A stretch of 64,000 bases of DNA. It comes from Clostridia bacterium. GTDB lineage: Bacteria; Bacillota; Clostridia; TANB77; CAG-508. Where the stretch lies: assembly GCA_045643205.1 (NCBI GenBank), contig JAZUKI010000010.1:64001-128000 (forward strand). The letters run 5' to 3'. The translations under genes and the position numbers were made by a program. The notes below the pieces were generated by a model. That model was given only the letters and a program-made list of their open reading frames with translations. It did not search any database and was not told where the DNA came from. Positions within the stretch are counted from its first letter, which is position 1; each line of letters starts with the position of its first letter. This document shows, one piece after another, positions 50,528 through 59,154 of this stretch.

Positions 50528-52153
50528 TTAATAATATAACATATAATCCATTTCAGGGAATATGCAATCCTTTTCTTCAATACATTTTAATAAATCAAGT
50601 TTTTCATCAGATAAAGTATTGTTGTTTCTAAGTTCCGTATCTTCTTTAATCCATAAATACAACTTTGTGAATCTTCCAATATGTTCTTTTACACGTTTTT
50701 TAGCATAATCAACCATTGTTCCATTTGTAATAATAAATAACCAATCAGAGCTTTGGGCAAGAACTAATTCACGAGCTGCTTGATTCATAATTCTTCGTTT
50801 GATACTATCATTAGTTTCGTTAGGAAACATACTAGCCATTTCACACATTTTATCACCAGCAACATGTAAATGGCGATGAATGTAATCATTAGTTGGATTT
50901 AACCAAACTTCACTATAACCTTTAGCGCCCCAAGAACTTCTACAAGGAGTAGAAACTTGGATTTCTGGATATTTTTCAATATATTCGCCAGGTGTAATTA
51001 ATTCAAAATTACATTTATCATAATAAATTTTCTTAGCTAAAGTATATAACCAATCAGGACCTTCATACCACCAATGTCCGTAAAGTTCTGCATCATAAGG
51101 GCAAACAATAATTGGAGGATTGTTAGTTTTGCTAGCAAGTTCTTTAATTTGTTTTTGCCTACAATCGAAGAAATGACCAGCTTGCATATTAATTGTGTCC
51201 TGAGCCCATTGTAAATCATAAATATCTTTTTCCTGATTTTTACCTGTGATTCTGTGATACTTGATACCTGTATTAACTCTAACACCATTATTACAAATAT
51301 ATGGCTTAATGTAGTCATAAGGAGCATCATAACCAATGTCACGATAAAACTCTCTATAATTTACATCTCCAGGATAACCATTAATTGATGACCAAACTTG
51401 TCTTGATGATTCTAAATCTCTACCAAATGCAACTAAACCGTTTGGAGAAACAATTGGAGCATAAGTTCCATATAGAGGAGTAGGGTCAGCATATAGAATA
51501 CCATGTGTTTCAACTAAAACATATTGTACACCGAACTCTTTTAGATATTTATCTGCTTCAGGAACATATCCACATTCAGGTAACCAAAAACCTTTTATTG
51601 GTTTATCAAAATATTTATTATAAGTTTGTACACCAAGAGCAATTTGAGCTCGGACTGTTTTTTCATTTACATATAAAATAGGGAAGTAGCCATGAGTGGC
51701 ACCACAACCAATAATTTCAAGTACTCCCATATTATTAAATTCTTTAAATTTATTGATTAAATTACAATTACATTCTTCAGTAAAGAAACGTAAATCTTCA
51801 CTATATCTATCAAAATAGTAATGAGAAAGTTTATTAATTCTTTCATCATATTTTGTTCTTTCAATCTCTTTTTCAGCAAGTTCAATATGTTGTTTTAAAT
51901 ACTTAATATATCTATCTTGCAAAAGTTTATTATCAAGCATATTTAATAGAGGCGGAGTAAGAGACATAGTAAATCTAAATTTTACGCCTTCATTAACTAA
52001 TTTTTGATAAGTTTTAAGTAAAGGTATATAAGTTTCTGATATAGCCTCAAATAGCCATTGTTCTTCTAAGTAATCTTCTGATTCTGGATGATGAACAAAA
52101 GGTAAATGAGCATGTAGTACAAAACTAATATAACCTTTGTTTTTTTTATTCAT
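50528..52153 (-). CDS. GH57 1,4-alpha-glucan branching enzyme (DUF1957)
   Basis: VLHAHLPFV, WLFEAISETYIP, ATHG, GFWLPECGY, YDAELYGHWWYEG, AQSSDW. Confidence 0.92.
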   Translation of the reverse strand: MNKKNKGYISFVLHAHLPFVHHPESEDYLEEQWLFEAISETYIPLLKTYQKLVNEGVKFRFTMSLTPPLLNMLDNKLLQDRYIKYLKQHIELAEKEIERTKYDERINKLSHYYFDRYSEDLRFFTEECNCNLINKFKEFNNMGVLEIIGCGATHGYFPILYVNEKTVRAQIALGVQTYNKYFDKPIKGFWLPECGYVPEADKYLKEFGVQYVLVETHGILYADPTPLYGTYAPIVSPNGLVAFGRDLESSRQVWSSINGYPGDVNYREFYRDIGYDAPYDYIKPYICNNGVRVNTGIKYHRITGKNQEKDIYDLQWAQDTINMQAGHFFDCRQKQIKELASKTNNPPIIVCPYDAELYGHWWYEGPDWLYTLAKKIYYDKCNFELITPGEYIEKYPEIQVSTPCRSSWGAKGYSEVWLNPTNDYIHRHLHVAGDKMCEMASMFPNETNDSIKRRIMNQAARELVLAQSSDWLFIITNGTMVDYAKKRVKEHIGRFTKLYLWIKEDTELRNNNTLSDEKLDLLKCIEEKDCIFPEMDYMLYY

Positions 52154-52210
52154 TTTATAACTCCATACTTTTTAAAATAAAAAGGCTTTCTATTTCCATA
52201 GAAAACCTTA

Positions 52211-53161
52211 CTAAAATGCCTTTAAGGTAGATGTTGGATTTCCAGATGAAGGGTTATTTAGGTCAAATCTATCATCTTGATCAGAAAGGTTACAATTTTT
52301 ATAAATGTCTTTAACTATTGTTGCATCATCTTTTAAATTTATTTCGTGAACTCTAACATTGTTATTAGAAATGTTTTTAAAGTATAATTTATCATGATTT
52401 TTATAGAATAAAACATGATCATTAGGGTTTTCAATTGGGTTAGACCAAGATAAATTAACATAGTCAGTATTTAAATCATTAAATTTATTTGTAATAGATT
52501 GGTGTTCCTTAGGTCTACGTCCTAATTCAACAGTATAAGTACATTTTGAATCATTAACGTGAATATACCAATTGTTTGCAAAATCATCAATTGTTTCTTC
52601 AAATGTGTAATTATCGGTTAAATTGTGGATAACTAATACAGGATAAGTGTCATTAAAGAAATTATCACCATATGTTTGAAGTAATTGATTTCTATCATAA
52701 TCGTTCAAATCCCAATAAACAAATAGAGTAGTAGGATTCTGAGCTAATAGTTTTATTATAGTATGATTATATCTATAAGGTAAATCATAGTATTCAGGAA
52801 CATCTTTAAAAGGAACTTGAGTTAAATCTTTTTCAACTTTAGAAACTTTTGAAACTTTTTTGACAGTAGTCTTTTTTGCAGTTGTTTTAGGTGATTTAGT
52901 TGTAGACTTAGCAATTGTCTTACTTGCAGATTTTGCACCTGGTTTAGCTGACTTAGATGCAGTCTTTACAACTGGTTTAACTGATTTAGCTGCAGTTTTT
53001 GCAACTGGTTTAACCGATTTAGTTGCAGTTTTTGCAACTGGTTTAACTGACTTAGTGGTTGACTTAGTTTTAGATTTAGTTGTTGTTTTTGACTTGGTTT
53101 TTGCAGGTTTATCAACAGTTTTAGCACTATCTAATAAATCTATAATCTTAGACCTTGGCAA
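52211..53161 (-). CDS. DUF4912 domain protein with K/T/A-rich N-terminal repeats
   Basis: LPYRYN..IKLLAQNP..LFVYWD...WYI....YTVELG...SN DUF4912 core; TTG start with AAGGAGG. Confidence 0.82.
   Translation of the reverse strand: MPRSKIIDLLDSAKTVDKPAKTKSKTTTKSKTKSTTKSVKPVAKTATKSVKPVAKTAAKSVKPVVKTASKSAKPGAKSASKTIAKSTTKSPKTTAKKTTVKKVSKVSKVEKDLTQVPFKDVPEYYDLPYRYNHTIIKLLAQNPTTLFVYWDLNDYDRNQLLQTYGDNFFNDTYPVLVIHNLTDNYTFEETIDDFANNWYIHVNDSKCTYTVELGRRPKEHQSITNKFNDLNTDYVNLSWSNPIENPNDHVLFYKNHDKLYFKNISNNNVRVHEINLKDDATIVKDIYKNCNLSDQDDRFDLNNPSSGNPTSTLKAF
52941..53060 (-). repeat. 33-bp coding tandem repeat (KSVKPVAKTAx)
   Basis: GCAGTTTTTGCAACTGGTTTAAC units recurring every 33 bp; about 3.5 copies. Confidence 0.8.
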
Positions 53162-53344
53162 CTCAATTCCTCCTTTGTAAAAATAATCATAAATACACTA
53201 AATATTTTATAACAACGAATTATTATTTACAATAGAATAATACAAATTACAAATATGTAATATGAAAAAATCTGATTTACTTTATTAGACTTTAGTGCTA
53301 TAATTTCTGTGTTTACTAATGATAATTATTGTGGGAGGCATTGA

Positions 53345-54637
53345 ATGAAAATTTTGATGTTAACATGGGAATATCCACCAAGAGTTGTAGGAGGTATATC
53401 TAAAGTAGTTTACGATTTATCTCATAGACTGATTAAAGATGGACATCAAGTAACAGTTATCACATATAGAGATGGTGATACTAGCTATTATGAAGACGAT
53501 GAAGGTATTAATGTTTATCGTGTTGATAATTATATGATTCAACCAAACAATTTTATTGATTGGATTATGCAATTGAATTTTAATATGGTTGCAAAGGCAT
53601 CTGAACTTATGAATAAGTTCGGAAAATTTGATGTTATCCATGCACATGATTGGTTAGTTAGTTATGCAGCAAAATCATTAAAAGAAGCATATGATGTTCC
53701 TATGGTTGCTACAATTCATGCAACTGAAAATGGAAGAAACAGTGGAATTCATGATGAAACACAAAGATATATTAATGATTCAGAATGGCAATTAACATAC
53801 GAAGCAAGTGAAGTCATAGTAAACAGTAATTATATGAAAAATGAAATTCAAAGAATATTTGGATTACCATATGATAAAATAAATGTTATTCCTAATGGAA
53901 TTCAACTAGATAAATTTGATGGAATAGAAAGAGACTACGAACTAAGAAGACAATATGCAATGGATAATGAAAAAATTATCTTATATGTTGGTAGATTAGT
54001 TTATGAAAAAGGTGTTCAAAATTTAATTGCTGCAATGCCTAAAATTCTTGAAAATTATCATGACTCTAAATTAGTTATTTGTGGTCGTGGTGGAATGATG
54101 GATGAGCTTAAACAACAAGCTCACAATTTAGGAATAGATGAAAAAGTATATTTTGTTGGATATTGCGATGCAGCAAAAGTTCAAAAGATGTATATAAATG
54201 CAGATATAGCAGCTTTTCCAAGTACTTATGAACCATTTGGTATTGTTGCACTAGAAGGAATGCTTTCAGGAACACCTGCAGTTGTTTCAGATGTTGGTGG
54301 ATTAAATGAAATCGTTGAACATGGCGTAACAGGAATGAAGAGTTATGCAGGAAATAGTAATTCAATTGCAGATTCAATATTAGCATTGTTATATGATAAA
54401 GAATTATGTGATAGAGTTTCAAGCAATGCTATAAAAGTAGTAAAAGAAAAATATAATTGGAATTTGATTGCTCAAGCAACATTTAAGACATATGAAAAAG
54501 CTATTTCAAAATCAAAATCTAAAGAACTTGAAGCTAAGCTTACTCAAGAAAAAGCAGGAAAGACAAGTAGATTAAAAAATACACAAAATGAAATTTCAAG
54601 ACTTGTTTCATCAAGAAAAAGAAATGCATATATATAG
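53345..54637 (+). CDS. GT4 glycosyltransferase (alpha-glucan/glycogen synthase-like)
   Basis: MLTWEYPP..VGG, IHAHDW, TIHATE, VGRLVYEKG, PSTYEPFGIVALE; divergent from DUF4912-GH57. Confidence 0.9.
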   Translation: MKILMLTWEYPPRVVGGISKVVYDLSHRLIKDGHQVTVITYRDGDTSYYEDDEGINVYRVDNYMIQPNNFIDWIMQLNFNMVAKASELMNKFGKFDVIHAHDWLVSYAAKSLKEAYDVPMVATIHATENGRNSGIHDETQRYINDSEWQLTYEASEVIVNSNYMKNEIQRIFGLPYDKINVIPNGIQLDKFDGIERDYELRRQYAMDNEKIILYVGRLVYEKGVQNLIAAMPKILENYHDSKLVICGRGGMMDELKQQAHNLGIDEKVYFVGYCDAAKVQKMYINADIAAFPSTYEPFGIVALEGMLSGTPAVVSDVGGLNEIVEHGVTGMKSYAGNSNSIADSILALLYDKELCDRVSSNAIKVVKEKYNWNLIAQATFKTYEKAISKSKSKELEAKLTQEKAGKTSRLKNTQNEISRLVSSRKRNAYI

Positions 54638-54645
54638 GAGAATAA

Positions 54646-54990
54646 ATGGACGTTTATGATACAGCAAATAAATTATCAGAAGAAATAAGAAATTCTGAAC
54701 AATTTATTGCATTAAAAGAAGCAAAAGAAAAATTATTTGCAGATGAAGAAAAGAAAAAAATAATTGAAGAATTCGAACAACTTAAACAAGAAGTTCAAAT
54801 TATGGAAATGAAACAACAAGCACAAGAAGAAGTTGATGAGGAAGATAAAAAACTTAAACTTGCAAAATTGTACAATGTTTTAATTGAACATGAGGATATC
54901 AAAAATTATTTTGATTTAGAAATTGCATTTAATAAATTGATATATGATGTAAATAAGATAATAGGGGATGTAATTAAAGAAATAATTTAA
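54646..54990 (+). CDS. YlbF/YmcA family regulator
   Basis: VYDTANKLSEEIRNSEQF...IKNYF..E..F..L..DVN.II helical pattern. Confidence 0.82.
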   Translation: MDVYDTANKLSEEIRNSEQFIALKEAKEKLFADEEKKKIIEEFEQLKQEVQIMEMKQQAQEEVDEEDKKLKLAKLYNVLIEHEDIKNYFDLEIAFNKLIYDVNKIIGDVIKEII

Positions 54991-55045
54991 TTTTAAACTA
55001 GTTGATTGATTAGTTAATTAATTTATTAAATTTTATTTAAATATT

Positions 55046-55077
55046 AAAAGACGAGATTTTTTAAATCTCGTCTTTTT
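55046..55077. terminator. Bidirectional intrinsic terminator
   Basis: AAAAGACGAGATTT / AAATCTCGTCTTTT. Confidence 0.85.
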
Positions 55078-55095
55078 ATTTTATCTAATTTAATT

Positions 55096-56700
55096 TTATT
55101 CAAGTGGTAATGGCGGTACACTATTTGTTGAAGTATTTGTTGAATTAACTTGATTTTGTGTAACTGTATTATTTGGTGTAGTAGTACTATTTGTTGTAGT
55201 TGTATTAAATACATTCATAAGTGAGTTTGCATCGTTACCATCAATATTATTTGTTGTTGTGTTTAATAAAGAATTATCAACAGTGTTATTGTCTACAGAA
55301 TTTGTTAATGTGTTATTTCCATCAATAATAGAATTAGGATCAACAACATTATTTGTATCTACTATTGTATTTGTTAAAGTAGGAACAGTAGAAGTTTTAG
55401 CATGTATACCAACTAAAGTATTTGTTATATCTTCTTCTTCTTCTCTAGTAAATAAAGAACTAGATGTAGAAGAAACCATGAATTGGAACATATTCTTATA
55501 ATCATCAGAAATGATGAAATAATATCTTGTAATGCTGCTTGGTGTTGTCATATCAATTGCATAGTAGTAATCTTGATTACTTAATGATGTAACTGATTGA
55601 GTAAATGATGTTACAGGTTGAGAAGCAACAGCTCCAGTAGCAGTAATTTGTGGTTCAAGTTGAGAATATAATAAACCAACTAATGATTTTCTATGTTCTT
55701 CATTTTTTAAATCAGCATTCATAGATTCAGCTGAAAATACTGTACTATATTGAATTGAAATATCACCATAATTTAATATGTTTGTTGTTTCATCAACACT
55801 AAATAATGATGTATCATATTTTAATGAATAGCCAGTATAGAAGTCATAATCTTCTTCAACTACTTGATTAACAACTGTATTAGCAACTGTATTATTAGTT
55901 GTATTAATTACAATATTATTATTCTTTTGTCCATTCATTAAAACAAGAGCAACAACAACTAAAGCAATAATTATAACGAACATACATGCTAAAATAATTA
56001 TAGATTTCTTTGAAGATTTCTTTGTTTTTGATTGATCCTTTGATTTTGCTTCTGTTTCAGCAGAAGTATTTGTTTCTGTAACTTCTGGTTGTTGATATTC
56101 TTCACCAGGAGCAACTTGTTGAACACCATTATTAAATTGAGCATCTGGCCAATTGTTATTGCCGACTGGTTGATTGAAATCAGTTTGAGGCCATCCAACG
56201 TTGTTTGGTTGAACATAAGTTAAAGGTTCTTGATTAAAATCATTATTAAAGTCTTGTTGTGAATTTATATCAAAGTTTTGATTTAAATCATTAAAACCAT
56301 TAACTGGATCAAATGAATTACTTTGATCAAAGTTTGCATTTGGATCAAAAGAAGCATTAGGATCGAAGCTTGCATTTGGATCAAAAGAAGCATTAGGATC
56401 GAAGTTTGCATTTGGATCAAAAGAAGCATTAGGATCAAAGCTTGCATTTGGATCAAAAGAAGCGTTAGGATCAAAGCTTGCATTTGGATCAAAAGAAGCG
56501 TTAGGATCGAAGCTTGCATTTGGATCGAAGTTCATATTAGGATCAAAACTTGCATTAGGATCGAAGTTCATATTAGGATCAAAACTTGCATTAGGATCAA
56601 AATTCATGTTAGGATCGAAACTAGCGTTAGGATCAAATCCATTATTATCAGGGCTGTTGAAGCCTTGATTATCATCATTAGTCATTTCTAGTCTATTCAT
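55096..56700 (-). CDS. Single-pass membrane protein with FDPNAS repeats and T/N-rich extracellular tail
   Basis: GAAAGGAG RBS; repeat N-terminus, KKSSKKS then TM IIILACMFVIIIALVVVALVLM, globular domain, T/N-rich C-terminus. Confidence 0.85.
   Translation of the reverse strand: MNRLEMTNDDNQGFNSPDNNGFDPNASFDPNMNFDPNASFDPNMNFDPNASFDPNMNFDPNASFDPNASFDPNASFDPNASFDPNASFDPNASFDPNANFDPNASFDPNASFDPNASFDPNANFDQSNSFDPVNGFNDLNQNFDINSQQDFNNDFNQEPLTYVQPNNVGWPQTDFNQPVGNNNWPDAQFNNGVQQVAPGEEYQQPEVTETNTSAETEAKSKDQSKTKKSSKKSIIILACMFVIIIALVVVALVLMNGQKNNNIVINTTNNTVANTVVNQVVEEDYDFYTGYSLKYDTSLFSVDETTNILNYGDISIQYSTVFSAESMNADLKNEEHRKSLVGLLYSQLEPQITATGAVASQPVTSFTQSVTSLSNQDYYYAIDMTTPSSITRYYFIISDDYKNMFQFMVSSTSSSLFTREEEEDITNTLVGIHAKTSTVPTLTNTIVDTNNVVDPNSIIDGNNTLTNSVDNNTVDNSLLNTTTNNIDGNDANSLMNVFNTTTTNSTTTPNNTVTQNQVNSTNTSTNSVPPLPLE
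56296..56637 (-). repeat. 18-bp coding tandem repeat, 17 copies of FDPN(A/M)(S/N) plus 2 degenerate
   Basis: GGATC(A/G)AA units every 18 bp with a 36-bp higher-order alternation. Confidence 0.95.
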
Positions 56701-56872
56701 GTTAGACTCCTTTCGTAAAAATAATCACATCAATTATATATTTAAAAATTTAATAATACAACAAAATGAAACATTTTATTTTAAAAAATATTTAACAAAA
56801 AAAACATTTATGATATTATAAATATGAATTTTGCAAGATGTGAATTATCAAGACTTTCAGGAGTTAAAAAAT

Positions 56873-58933
56873 ATGAATGATTTAAGTAAAGAAATTCAAT
56901 ATGTAAAAGGTGTTGGACCAGCAAAAGCAAAAGCTTTTAAAACTTTAGGTATATCAACATTAAAAGATTTAGTTACTTATTATCCAAGAGGATATGAAGA
57001 TAGAAGTATTATAAAAAAACTAAATGAAATAAATGATGAAGAAAAAGTTTGCATAGAAGTTAGAGCACTAACTAATTGTACTGTAAGAATAATTGGTCGT
57101 GGAAGAAGTATAGAAAAACTAATTGTTACAGATGAAACAGACAACATGACAATTACTTGGTTCAATCAACCATATTTATCAAAACAAATTAAACAAGGAG
57201 AAAAATATATATTTTACGGAAAAGTTTCTAAAAAAGGAAATAGTTTAGAAATGAATTCTCCTGTTTTTGATCAGATAGATAAAGAAAAAAATACCGGAAA
57301 AATCATTCCTGTTTATCCATTAAATTATAATATTAGTGCAAATACAATTCGTACTGCAATGAGTAATGGATTAAATTTAGTTGGAACATTTGAAGAAAAT
57401 GAACCAGAGTATATTGTTAAAAATTACAACTTAGTAGATTTGAATGAAGCAATGCACGAAATTCATTTTCCATCTGATTTTGAAAAATTTAAACATGCAA
57501 GATATAGATTAGTTTTTGATGAATTAATTGCAATGCAGTTAGGCTTATTAAAACTTAAGGGAGAAGTAAGCGAAGAAATAAAAGGAATAAAATATAGCAA
57601 AGATGTTCACATGTCAGATGTTATAAATGATTTACCTTTTAAATTAACGAGAGCGCAATTAAATGTATTAGAAGAAATAGATGATGATATGGAATCAAGC
57701 AAGCCGATGAATCGTTTACTTCAAGGAGATGTTGGCTCTGGAAAAACAGTTGTAGCAATGATTGCTGCTTATAAGGCTGTAATGAGTGGATATCAAGCAG
57801 TTATTCTTGCACCAACTATGATACTAGCTAATCAACATTTTAAAAACTTTACTAACATGCTTTCAAAGTACAATATTAATATAGTAAGTTTGGTTGGAGG
57901 TATGACTGCAAAAAACAAACGTGAAACTTTGGAAAAAATCAAATCTGGAGAAGCACAAATTATTATTGGAACACATGCTTTAATAGAAGAGGATGTAATA
58001 TTTAATAAATTAGGTTTAGTAGTAACTGATGAGCAACATCGTTTTGGTGTAAAACAAAGAAGTGCAATTATTACTAAAGGAGAAAATCCTGATGTTCTTG
58101 TTATGTCAGCAACACCTATTCCAAGAACATTAGCGTTAATTTTATATGGAGATCTAGATGTTTCAATTATAGATGAACTTCCACCAAATAGAAAAAAAGT
58201 TCAAACTATTGCTATTGGAAAAGGAATGGAAGATAGAGCTAATAGTTTTATACGTGAACAAATTGATGAAGGTAGACAAGTATATGTTGTATGCCCATTA
58301 GTAGAAGAAACAGATAATATAGATAATGTTAATTTAAAATCTGCAACTGAACTTGCTAAAGAATATAAAGAAGGACCTTTTTCTAAATATAGAGTTGCTT
58401 GCTTACATGGCAAGATGAAACCAAAAGAAAAAGATGAAATTATGAATCAATTTAAAAATGGAGAAATTGATATTTTAGTTTCTACAACAGTTATTGAAGT
58501 TGGAGTTGATGTGCCTAATGCTTCTATAATGATGATAGAAAATGCAGAAAGATTTGGACTAGCACAACTTCATCAATTAAGAGGAAGAGTAGGAAGAGGC
58601 GAATATAAATCATATTGCATTTTAAAATACACTTCTCACGGCGAAAATGTAAAAGAGAGAATGAACACAATGGTTAATACTGATGATGGAATGAAGATTG
58701 CAGAAAAAGATTTAGAACTACGTGGAAGCGGAGATTTCTTTGGAACAGCACAACATGGTTTGCCGGAATTTAAAATTGCAAATTTATTTGAAGATGTTGA
58801 AGAATTAAAAGAAGTACAATCTTTAGCAATAAAAATAATTCAAGAAGATCCAAAACTTGAATTAGAAAAAAATGAAAAGTTAAAAACTTTAATATATGAA
58901 AAATTTACTTCAAAAGAAGAATTAATAATGTAA
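56873..58933 (+). CDS. recG: ATP-dependent DNA helicase RecG
   Basis: KGVGP, LLQGDVGSGKT, GTHAL, DEQHRFG, MSATPIPRT, QLHQLRGRVGR; ATG at 56873 after AGGAG. Confidence 0.97.
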   Translation: MNDLSKEIQYVKGVGPAKAKAFKTLGISTLKDLVTYYPRGYEDRSIIKKLNEINDEEKVCIEVRALTNCTVRIIGRGRSIEKLIVTDETDNMTITWFNQPYLSKQIKQGEKYIFYGKVSKKGNSLEMNSPVFDQIDKEKNTGKIIPVYPLNYNISANTIRTAMSNGLNLVGTFEENEPEYIVKNYNLVDLNEAMHEIHFPSDFEKFKHARYRLVFDELIAMQLGLLKLKGEVSEEIKGIKYSKDVHMSDVINDLPFKLTRAQLNVLEEIDDDMESSKPMNRLLQGDVGSGKTVVAMIAAYKAVMSGYQAVILAPTMILANQHFKNFTNMLSKYNINIVSLVGGMTAKNKRETLEKIKSGEAQIIIGTHALIEEDVIFNKLGLVVTDEQHRFGVKQRSAIITKGENPDVLVMSATPIPRTLALILYGDLDVSIIDELPPNRKKVQTIAIGKGMEDRANSFIREQIDEGRQVYVVCPLVEETDNIDNVNLKSATELAKEYKEGPFSKYRVACLHGKMKPKEKDEIMNQFKNGEIDILVSTTVIEVGVDVPNASIMMIENAERFGLAQLHQLRGRVGRGEYKSYCILKYTSHGENVKERMNTMVNTDDGMKIAEKDLELRGSGDFFGTAQHGLPEFKIANLFEDVEELKEVQSLAIKIIQEDPKLELEKNEKLKTLIYEKFTSKEELIM

Positions 58934-58937
58934 AATA

Positions 58938-58970
58938 AAACCCCTCGAATAAAACGAGGGGTTATTTTAT
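58938..58970 (+). terminator. Intrinsic terminator after recG
   Basis: AACCCCTCG / CGAGGGGTT stem followed by ATTTTAT. Confidence 0.8.
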
Positions 58971-59080
58971 TTGATAGTTACAATATACAAGCCTAAAGAA
59001 TATTTATTTGCAATAAAAAATATAAATAGTTTCTGTTACAAATATTACAAAAAAACAAATAAAAAAATCTTAAAAAAATG

Positions 59081-59128
59081 TTGACAAAAACAAACACTTG
59101 TGCGAATATATAAGCGAACAAAAGTTTT
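59081..59128 (+). promoter_or_regulatory. recN promoter with putative LexA (Cheo/SOS) box
   Basis: TTGACA at 59081; CGAAC-AAAA-GTTTT at 59115-59128 matches Firmicutes GAAC-N4-GTTY. Confidence 0.65.
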
Positions 59129-59154
59129 ATATAAAAATAGAAAGAAGGCTTAGT

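Noticed and set aside
56296-56637. 18-bp repeat array as a CRISPR
   Set aside because: No unique spacers; in-frame coding repeat; no cas genes
56283-56691. Alternative-frame ORFs over the repeat (IWIKRS and LLLIQMQ repeats)
   Set aside because: Shadow frames of the FDPNAS repeat; no RBS
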